Assembly (NCBI GenBank): GCA_934747255.1 | Contig: CAKVGH010000001.1 | Span: 18,023 to 82,022 of the forward strand | Direction: 5' to 3' | Origin: an uncultured Clostridia bacterium | GTDB lineage: Bacteria > Bacillota > Clostridia > Christensenellales > UBA1242 | Length of the DNA: 64,000 nucleotides | In this document: piece after piece, positions 57,076 to 64,000 of the stretch | How the letters are laid out: every line of letters begins with the position of its first letter | Numbering within the stretch: position 1 is the first letter of the stretch | Made by a program: the position numbers and the translations under genes | The notes under the pieces: model-generated | Seen by the model: the letters and a program-made list of their open reading frames with translations, nothing else | The model's database searches: none | What the model was told of the DNA's origin: nothing

Positions 57076-58159
57076 TTAGCACTCTCCTTTTTACATTTAC
57101 TAACATAATAGGCAAAAACATTGGCACAAAATATTGAATAGCTAACACAAAGTATTTGAGCACTGACGCAATGGCACTAGTCATTAAAATTTGCGAAAAC
57201 CACGCCATTAGAATTAGCGAACAAGCAAGAGCCACAACGCTAGCACTGACAAATTTTTCATTTGGAGTTGATACCGAAAAACAATAGGTAAAGCAATTAG
57301 TTGCAAAATGCACATAGAACCCCATTGCAACAAACTCGGCTATCGGCCACAAAAATACAATAACCCAAGTAAACCTTCCGCTTGTGGAAAGTCTTGGAAT
57401 ATATTCGGTTACATCTACAATTGTAGTTTTGTAAGTATCTGCAATCGCACCAAACAATGAGTAATGGATAAATGCAAGTGCGACTACTATTGACATTGCC
57501 GACAAATAACTCAATGTAACCTTACCAAAAAAGTTTTTTTCGATTTTTATTTTACCCATTATCATCATTAGTAATAGAAAATCTCCAAACCAAAAGGCAT
57601 AATCCAAACAACTACTCAAAACAGACTTCATTCCGTTTTTTACGAAAGGCAAAAATGCAAAAAAGTCAACCGAACTAACCGAGAACAAAAACGCCATTAT
57701 TATTGCCATTGCTATAAAGTAAATGAAAATTTCTAGCGACCTACCCATAGCATTTAAGGGCTTTGTTGCAACATAGCCAAGCATCAACCCTACGGGAAAC
57801 AAAAAAGTAAACCAGTTTAAGTCCACATAAGCAGTTTCGGTATAAAACTCATAACACTCTCTAATGAGCATTGCAACTTTCATTGCAAATAATAATCCTA
57901 AAACAAAAAATAAAATTTTTGCAATGACTTTTCCACAACCTTTTTCAAAAAATTCTCGCATAGTAATATTTGGAAAGGCTTTTTTGATGGCAAAAATTAG
58001 TAGAAAGAAAATCATATCAATAGCCGTCATTATTAAAATGGCAAGCCAAACCGCATTTCCAGACCTACTGATAATAAGCGATGGCAAAACAAGCAACTTT
58101 GTTGCACAGGTAATTATAAAAATCATCAAGCACGATTGCCTTGTTGTTAAGTCTTTCAT
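57053..58159 (-). CDS. gerAB: germinant receptor B subunit (APC-type permease-like, about 10 TM)
   Basis: Polytopic 368-aa protein starting directly after the gerAA stop. MKDLTTRQSCLMIF resembles the typical GerAB N-terminus. Confidence 0.75.
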   Translation of the reverse strand: MKDLTTRQSCLMIFIITCATKLLVLPSLIISRSGNAVWLAILIMTAIDMIFFLLIFAIKKAFPNITMREFFEKGCGKVIAKILFFVLGLLFAMKVAMLIRECYEFYTETAYVDLNWFTFLFPVGLMLGYVATKPLNAMGRSLEIFIYFIAMAIIMAFLFSVSSVDFFAFLPFVKNGMKSVLSSCLDYAFWFGDFLLLMMIMGKIKIEKNFFGKVTLSYLSAMSIVVALAFIHYSLFGAIADTYKTTIVDVTEYIPRLSTSGRFTWVIVFLWPIAEFVAMGFYVHFATNCFTYCFSVSTPNEKFVSASVVALACSLILMAWFSQILMTSAIASVLKYFVLAIQYFVPMFLPIMLVNVKRRVLNEKSVEK

Positions 58160-59614
58160 TTATTCTCCTACATTTTTTATTCTCTTTTTCTTTTGGCTTG
58201 GAATAGCAAGCGGTCTTGTATCTCTTGCTATGACATCTTTTTTAACTATGCCGTCAACAAGGTCATCTTGTATTCGTGGAGCATAAGGTGCTAAATATGG
58301 TGTGCCATACGAATTAAACGCACTTAAATAAAGTACCATAAGCATTGCCCCTAAAATAATACCAAAAAGCCCTATTGTGCCACCCACAAAGGTAAAGACT
58401 ATTCGCATAAGTGATAGTTGTGCCGATTGGTCGGGAACGGTGTAAAAAGAGATTCCTGACAGCGCCACAATCATTACCGCTGGTGGACTAATAAGCCCCG
58501 CTTTTACTGCCGTATCGCCAAGTACTAACGCTCCAACAATGCCAAGAGCAATACCAAGATATTTTGGCATTCTCAAACTGGCTTCATACAAAATTTCAAA
58601 CAGTATTATTACAAAAAGCATTTCCATAAATGGTGGAAACGGCAAGCCCTGAATACTATTCATCAAAGTGACTAAAAATTTTAACGGAACAACCCTATAA
58701 TGATAAAGTTGAACTGCAACATATAACCCCGGCAATAGCATTGAAATTGTTACGCCAAAAAATCTTATCATTCTAATAAAACTAATTCTAAAACTGCCTT
58801 GATAGTAGTCGTCACTATTTTGCAAATCTTCAATGAGCAAAAATGGTAGAGTCAAAACTATTGGGCTTCCATCAACAACAATGGCAACTCGTCCTTCCAA
58901 CATTTTTGCCACGGCAATGTCTGGTTTTTCGGTTTTTCCCACCTGCTTAAAAATTGTATTTTTATTTTCTTCCAAAAAATTTACTAAATAGTGCGAATCT
59001 ATAATTCCGTCTATCTTGATTTCCTTTAACTTATCCAAAACCTTTTGCACAACTTTTTTGTCAGCAATATCGTTAAGATACATTATATTAACCTTTGTTT
59101 TGGTGTAATTTCCCAAACTCAACTGCTTTATTTTAAGGGCACTGGTAGGCAACCTTTTTCTAATTAAGACTGTATTTGTTTTTATACTCTCAACAAAGCC
59201 TTCTCGTGGTCCAAAGATGACCGCAGATGTTGGCGGTTCAACAATGCTTCTTTCTTCAAACTGCGTTATGGCACACTTAATAGCATAAGATTGACCATCT
59301 ATTATCATAAGAGCATTGCCGTCTAAAACTGCTTTTTGGCACGCTTCCATTGTTTCAAGTTTTTCCTGTCCGCCCACCATCAAAACATTTTTCATTAAGT
59401 AGTCAACCAACTTTGTTTTGGGTAATTTTTTCAAGTCCTTTAATGGCTTTATAATCTCCTGCGAAAGTCGTTTTAGGTCAACAAAATTCTGCACATAAAA
59501 TATGCAGTATTTTTTCTTCAAAAACTCGCCTTCGTAAACCACAATATCTTCATTTTCGTTTAACATTTGTTTTAATTGTTGTTTGGTTTTTTCAATACTC
59601 TTTTTTATAGTCAT
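58160..59614 (-). CDS. gerAA: germinant receptor A subunit
   Basis: Soluble N-terminal domain plus C-terminal TM bundle. Blocks GPREGFVESIKTNTVLIRKRL and ISPPAVMIVALSGISFY are typical of GerA/KA proteins. AGGTGA RBS. Confidence 0.8.
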   Translation of the reverse strand: MTIKKSIEKTKQQLKQMLNENEDIVVYEGEFLKKKYCIFYVQNFVDLKRLSQEIIKPLKDLKKLPKTKLVDYLMKNVLMVGGQEKLETMEACQKAVLDGNALMIIDGQSYAIKCAITQFEERSIVEPPTSAVIFGPREGFVESIKTNTVLIRKRLPTSALKIKQLSLGNYTKTKVNIMYLNDIADKKVVQKVLDKLKEIKIDGIIDSHYLVNFLEENKNTIFKQVGKTEKPDIAVAKMLEGRVAIVVDGSPIVLTLPFLLIEDLQNSDDYYQGSFRISFIRMIRFFGVTISMLLPGLYVAVQLYHYRVVPLKFLVTLMNSIQGLPFPPFMEMLFVIILFEILYEASLRMPKYLGIALGIVGALVLGDTAVKAGLISPPAVMIVALSGISFYTVPDQSAQLSLMRIVFTFVGGTIGLFGIILGAMLMVLYLSAFNSYGTPYLAPYAPRIQDDLVDGIVKKDVIARDTRPLAIPSQKKKRIKNVGE

Positions 59615-59748
59615 AATTCACCTAAATTTAGTATGTATAAATTTTGAAAAAATAATTAAAAAATTGTCATTTTTTGCTAAAAACTTTTAATTACTACAAA
59701 AAAGAACCCTTTATAGAGTTCTTAAAATTTTATAAAATATATATCTAA

Positions 59749-60930
59749 TTAAATAGTGTAAACACTTTCGTTTGAATCAATATAATAGTTATAGCCATTG
59801 GCTTTTATGTATATTTTACTTCCAGCCAAATATGTTGATTTTGGCAAAGTAATACCACAAACTTCACAACTTGTATCTATCCAAGTATTATCAATTCGTA
59901 TGGCATAAGTTTTAGCATTTGGCGTAGCGTCCCAACTTATAAAGACATTGTCGCCGTCTATTACAACTTTGATATTTGTTACACTACTTAATTTTTCTGT
60001 TTTAGTGTAAGATACCACATCTGTAAACGCACTTGTTATGTAATTGCCTGTACCTATCGCTTGTACTTTGAATGAATAAACACCCGCATTACTTACAAGA
60101 GAACTGAAATCGTAAGAATTTTTTGTTGTACTAAACTCTTGACTATTGTTAACTAAAATTTTATAGCCAGAACAATTTTTAACCGCCTTCCAAGACAAGG
60201 TTAAACTTGACTGGTCAAATCTCAAATTTGTTGGAGCGGACAAATTTAATGTTTTTTGATATGTTACAGCATTACTATATGCACTATCAAAGTAGTTTTC
60301 ACTACCAATTGCTTTTACGGCAAAACTAAAACTTGTTTTTGTCATAGTTCCAATATAGCCACTTACATCAAACGCATTTGCCGAAGTTGTAACTATGTAA
60401 TTACCGCTATCATAGACATTGTAGCCAGTAGAATTACTAACCGTTGTCCAAGTTAAATACATATCATCTATTGCCAAGTTTGGTGTTGATAGTTGATGTT
60501 TATTAACAAACTCTTGTGGCTCTGTTGATAATGAATCGCTAAAATCTTCTCCACCAATACATTTACAATAGTAGTAGTATGATTTTGCATCTACAAACAA
60601 GTCAGTTACATCAAGACTATATTTTTCATAAGGTTTTGTTTCATCGTAATCTTTTGTCAAAAATTCGGTGTATTCATAAATATCTTGTGGAGATGCTCCA
60701 TCGTAAATATAAAACGCATAGTAGGAAGCAAAAAGGTTATTGTTTGCTACTAACATTTTTTTTTCGCCGTCAAATTGTAATGCCACGGTTGGTGTTTCTA
60801 GTCTAGGTTTCGAGTCGTCCTTTTTGAAAAAAACAAAAACGCAAAGAACGGCAACAACCGTTCCCACAACTATAAAGGTAAGCAATGCTATAAGCCACCA
60901 TAGGTTTTTAGTGTCTTTTTGTTCTTCCAT
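59749..60930 (-). CDS. N-terminally membrane-anchored protein with four FN3-like repeats
   Basis: TM helix WWLIALLTFIVVGTVVAVLCVFVFF. Repeats of about 90 aa carry L(T/S)W...SGY patterns (LTWTTVSNSTGYNVYD, LSWKAVKNCSGYKILVN, ISWDATPNAKTYAIRID). The ATG lies 2 nt after the upstream stop. Confidence 0.55.
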   Translation of the reverse strand: MEEQKDTKNLWWLIALLTFIVVGTVVAVLCVFVFFKKDDSKPRLETPTVALQFDGEKKMLVANNNLFASYYAFYIYDGASPQDIYEYTEFLTKDYDETKPYEKYSLDVTDLFVDAKSYYYYCKCIGGEDFSDSLSTEPQEFVNKHQLSTPNLAIDDMYLTWTTVSNSTGYNVYDSGNYIVTTSANAFDVSGYIGTMTKTSFSFAVKAIGSENYFDSAYSNAVTYQKTLNLSAPTNLRFDQSSLTLSWKAVKNCSGYKILVNNSQEFSTTKNSYDFSSLVSNAGVYSFKVQAIGTGNYITSAFTDVVSYTKTEKLSSVTNIKVVIDGDNVFISWDATPNAKTYAIRIDNTWIDTSCEVCGITLPKSTYLAGSKIYIKANGYNYYIDSNESVYTI

Positions 60931-60932
60931 TA

Positions 60933-61676
60933 TTAACCCCAATTATTTCTAAAACTCTCTTTCCACGAAGTTGGTGCTGTTTCCCAAGTTGATTCAATCG
61001 CTTGGAAGCCACCTTCGCCTGCTTGCAAACATTCAACCATCATATGCATAGTTACTTGTTTACCTTGAAAACTATTATCTATTTTGGTACTAACTTTTAT
61101 GCTATCAGTTACTTCTACCGACTGATTAGCAAGTAATGTGCTTTTTAGATAATAATATCCATCAGCACCTTCAATCCAGTTGTTTGTCCACTCTGGGTTA
61201 GTACTATTTATTGAAAACATATTTGCGTAATAATTTTCCCCAATAGTGCTGTAAAATTTTACTCTAATAAATACTTGTGCGGTACTGCCTTCTATATCAA
61301 TACTTTTAATAACAAACTTGATTTTTAGCGAGTCACCTGGCATAACATTTTCTTTCTTCTCTGGATGCTCGTCAAACTCAATCAACTCATAGTTTGCTTG
61401 CAAATCAATGGCAATATCCATAGGTGATGTTGGTTTTGGAAATACAAATAGCAAAAGTGTGCCAGCGATAATTACTGACATTAAAATCGCAAAAATAGAC
61501 CAAATCAATTTTTTATTGCTCTTGTTGATTATTATTTCTGGATTATCAAGCAAAACATCTTCGGTCAAAATCACCTTTTGTGGCATATTATCTGGTGATT
61601 TTTGTTTTATATCTACCGATTGTGAGAGTTTACTCAAATCTGGCTTAATATCAGAAATTTTGTTATTTTCTTCCAT
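60933..61676 (-). CDS. TasA/camelysin-like domain protein with a cytoplasmic N-tail and TM anchor (T5)
   Basis: TM helix LIWSIFAILMSVIIAGTLLLFVF, NVMPGDSLKIKF, and C-terminal VECLQAGEGGFQAIESTWETAPTSW paralleling T6. GGAGG RBS. Confidence 0.5.
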   Translation of the reverse strand: MEENNKISDIKPDLSKLSQSVDIKQKSPDNMPQKVILTEDVLLDNPEIIINKSNKKLIWSIFAILMSVIIAGTLLLFVFPKPTSPMDIAIDLQANYELIEFDEHPEKKENVMPGDSLKIKFVIKSIDIEGSTAQVFIRVKFYSTIGENYYANMFSINSTNPEWTNNWIEGADGYYYLKSTLLANQSVEVTDSIKVSTKIDNSFQGKQVTMHMMVECLQAGEGGFQAIESTWETAPTSWKESFRNNWG

Positions 61677-61902
61677 AATCAACCTCCATTTAGTAATATT
61701 TTACAAAATTAGCACACATAAATCAACAATTTTTACGCCATATACTAATATTTATTATTATTATTTTAATCAATTATATAAAAATTATAAATTGTAAAAT
61801 TTTGGGTTACGACAAATTTTTTTGCTTTGAATAGTTTTGATTAAACTTCACAAACTACTTTTGATTAAGCCGAAAGGCTAAAAATAAAATAAGGAGAGAA
61901 GT

Positions 61903-62550
61903 ATGGAAAAGAAAGAACAAACAAAACCACAAGGCGAAAGAGTTCAACCAAAAGTAACCCTTAAAAGAAGAAAAAGTTCTGGTAGTACTATTGCAATCAT
62001 TGCATTGTCAATACTCCTAGGCGTTTCTGTAATCTTTGGCGTTACGGCTGCATTCTTTACCGCAAATGCTGGCGGAACTGGTAACATTACTTTGGGTAAT
62101 CCTGTAAACATCAACTTGACACAAGGTGGTGCTTCCGTTTCCTCACTAACTTTTGCTGGAACAGCAATGCCGGGAACTGTTTATGACCAAGTTATTGGTG
62201 TAAGCGTTCCTACAGATTCTTCTGACTGTGTTGTTAGAGGAAAATTAACTATCGCTGACGCCGATGGTGCTACTACACCAGTCGAAGCCGTTACAAACGC
62301 TTCTTGGGCTAAAGGTGACGATGATTACTATTACTACAATGGTATTCTTAAATCAAATGACACTGCTGGTTTCGTAACATCACTCACTGTTCCAAAATCA
62401 CTAACTAACACTGCTGCAAACAAGGTTTACACTATTTCAGTTCAAATAGAAGCAATCCAATTTGCAAATGGTGCTGCTAGCGAAGTTTGGACAACTGCTC
62501 CAAGTGCTTGGACAACTGCTTATGGTTCAGGTACAGTATCAGGAAGCTAA
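61903..62550 (+). CDS. TasA/camelysin-like secreted fibre subunit (T6)
   Basis: Signal region IAIIALSILLGVSVIFGVTAAFFTANAGG, AMPGTVYDQ, VQIEAIQFANGAASEVWTTAPSAW. AAGGAGAGAAGT-ATG RBS. Confidence 0.6.
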   Translation: MEKKEQTKPQGERVQPKVTLKRRKSSGSTIAIIALSILLGVSVIFGVTAAFFTANAGGTGNITLGNPVNINLTQGGASVSSLTFAGTAMPGTVYDQVIGVSVPTDSSDCVVRGKLTIADADGATTPVEAVTNASWAKGDDDYYYYNGILKSNDTAGFVTSLTVPKSLTNTAANKVYTISVQIEAIQFANGAASEVWTTAPSAWTTAYGSGTVSGS

Positions 62551-62584
62551 AAAAATCGCCCATAAATTTGGGCGTTTTTTTATT
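62549..62584 (+). terminator. terminator after T6
   Basis: A-run, CGCCCA-taaatt-TGGGCG, then a T-run. Confidence 0.75.
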
Positions 62585-62625
62585 TTTTTATATTTTTTGA
62601 AAGGCTAAAATTCTTTATTACCAAA

Positions 62626-64000
62626 TCACTGAATTTTGTTTAATAACTTTTTACCTTTGATAAACAGTATGCTTACGCACACAACTAAAAGTACAAGATA
62701 AATTGCACCGCTGATTAAGGCGATTAAGTGCAAACTAAAATTAGGTAGTAAAAGAAATAACCCAAGTGGAATTAAAGATAAAACCATTCCACCAAACATT
62801 GTAATCAAACACGCAACACTTTGCTTTATAACTTGCGTTTCTTCCTCCCACTCCATTTTTGGAAATAATAAATTTATAAGCAGTCCACCATACGATAGTA
62901 AAACCGCAAACAAAACTGGAACGCATAGAGTCATTAAAAAATCAAACAAACTTAATTTTAGAAATATTAGCAATAAAATGCTAGACAAAATAATAGCAGG
63001 CACAGTCATAATTATTTGAAGCAATGCTTTGGAATTAAAAATATATTTTTCCTTTATTGGCGAACTTTTAAGTATCCAGAAGTTTTTACCTTCAAGGGAT
63101 ATTGTTGAACAACTAATAATTGCAGTAGAAAGCGAAAATAAAAATATTAAAGTGAGAATTCCCGCAAACATTTTGTTATTAAGACTTACTCCCAATTTGT
63201 TTGAGAAGCCTTCCACGCCTAGCGAGCAAGCCATAATGGAAATTACTATCATTAGCAGTGGCGAAAGAATGGTATTTGACACAAATGCAGACGATTCTGC
63301 ATAAAACGAAACTTCTTTTTTTACCATACTTTTTAATGGAGATTTTGCATTACTAAAAATTAATTCCTTTTTGCTGGATTTATATCCAACGCCCGATTTT
63401 CCTAACGATAACGAGTATAAAATAATCCCCAAAATAAATGGAATGATAGTGAGTATCAATAACCAAATGAACGAAATAGCATCTCCACCAAGCAAAAATT
63501 TTGTAAGCATAAATGTTATTGGTCTATCGCTAAAATATACACCTGCATTTTCTGGACTAATAACTCCATAACCAAAAGTTTTGACTAAAAGTAGTGCCAT
63601 AACAAGCATTAAAATAAACACCGAAAATAGCGATTTAATTAGGTTTGCGTGTTTTGATTTATTAAATATTCTACTTATTATAAATCCGCAAATATATGAT
63701 ATTCCCACCGAAAATAGTGGTAAACTTACAACTAAAAACAGCGAGCATAAAAGTATAGTCAAACTAAAACCTTCATAAATCATATAGATAACAACAAAAG
63801 GCATTACGAGTGCAAAACAAAGCAAATTATCTAAAATATACTTGCCTATTGTTTTGCTTAAAACTATGTCATATTTTTTAATCGGCAAAGATAGTAACAT
63901 ATCTTCGTCTGTTTGTTTTTTCTTTGAAGCAGAACGCATTACACCTAATATTAGTAAAACCGAAAACGCAACTAACACTCCGTGAAAGACGCATATTTGC
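62626..64000 (-). CDS. polytopic membrane protein (ABC-2 / putative-ABC-exporter-like permease?); 5' end beyond the window
   Basis: At least 10 hydrophobic helices. The frame stays open upstream of the GTG track start through base 64000. Confidence 0.35.
   Translation of the reverse strand, partial: QICVFHGVLVAFSVLLILGVMRSASKKKQTDEDMLLSLPIKKYDIVLSKTIGKYILDNLLCFALVMPFVVIYMIYEGFSLTILLCSLFLVVSLPLFSVGISYICGFIISRIFNKSKHANLIKSLFSVFILMLVMALLLVKTFGYGVISPENAGVYFSDRPITFMLTKFLLGGDAISFIWLLILTIIPFILGIILYSLSLGKSGVGYKSSKKELIFSNAKSPLKSMVKKEVSFYAESSAFVSNTILSPLLMIVISIMACSLGVEGFSNKLGVSLNNKMFAGILTLIFLFSLSTAIISCSTISLEGKNFWILKSSPIKEKYIFNSKALLQIIMTVPAIILSSILLLIFLKLSLFDFLMTLCVPVLFAVLLSYGGLLINLLFPKMEWEEETQVIKQSVACLITMFGGMVLSLIPLGLFLLLPNFSLHLIALISGAIYLVLLVVCVSILFIKGKKLLNKIQ

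Noticed and set aside
59629-59635. CATACTA (a sigma-G/F-like -10) upstream of gerAA.
   Set aside because: It ends only about 15 nt before the ATG, so a transcript starting downstream of it would lack the AGGTGA RBS. I also found no convincing -35 element.
1-64000. Alternative genetic code (TGA as Trp, as in Mollicutes), suggested by the very low GC.
   Set aside because: Trp is encoded by TGG throughout the conserved proteins, and TGA closes conserved genes at the expected length (for example comEC at 22161..22163, overlapping the holA start). The standard code 11 fits.
1-64000. CRISPR arrays, rRNA operons, IS elements with terminal inverted repeats, and diversity-generating retroelements.
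   Set aside because: I saw no regularly spaced 25-40-nt direct repeats, no rRNA-like conserved blocks, and no transposase or reverse-transcriptase motifs in any frame of the ORF track.

Overview
This 64-kb window is chromosomal DNA from a low-GC, endospore-forming Firmicute that uses the standard genetic code. TGA terminates genes and TGG encodes Trp. All family calls come from motif recognition and synteny only, with no searches run.

**Core genes.** rpsU, cdd, comEC-holA, spoIIE, yabP-yabQ-divIC, rplJ-rplL with its leader, ppa, tilS, nrdD-nrdG, an IMPase-family gene, secA, hsp20, argS and a gerAA-AB-AC germinant-receptor operon. I located ten tRNA genes by hand.

**Accessory region 1 (about 9.7-19.5 kb), the strongest candidate for something new.**
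- It lies between tRNA-His and comEC and starts with a tyrosine integrase plus an Xis-like gene.
- After these come four TasA/camelysin-like fibre-subunit paralogs, alternating with two paralogous proteins that have no signal peptide. Each of those two has an N-terminal coiled-coil stalk (IxxNTxx heptads, a trimer signature) and a conserved beta-rich head of about 400 aa.
- Two of the TasA-like genes have no start context and no signal peptide. They begin exactly at a perfect 27-bp inverted repeat.
- The same site occurs again, with one mismatch, inside the intact, signal-peptide-bearing paralog.
- This is the architecture of a recombinase-driven cassette-switching (shufflon-like) locus.

**Accessory region 2 (about 42.2-49.7 kb).**
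- It starts at tRNA-fMet with a very AT-rich 711-aa ORF that carries a C-terminal RNDYLH (HEPN-like) motif, followed by a Nudix gene.
- A four-gene operon follows: a MoxR-like AAA+ ATPase, a small AAA-like protein lacking Walker A, an HExxH-metallopeptidase/vWA fusion with a Q/N-rich linker, and an unknown 415-aa protein. It resembles NTPase-vWA conflict systems.

**Accessory region 3 (59.7-62.6 kb).** A second TasA-like locus holds a TM-anchored paralog, a 4xFN3 membrane protein and a secreted paralog. No SipW-type signal peptidase is visible anywhere in the window.

**Other points.** There is also a divergent diadenylate-cyclase-like protein, a ComEC with a degenerate beta-lactamase domain, and a CIRCE-like operator over a consensus promoter. 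No CRISPR array or rRNA was seen.
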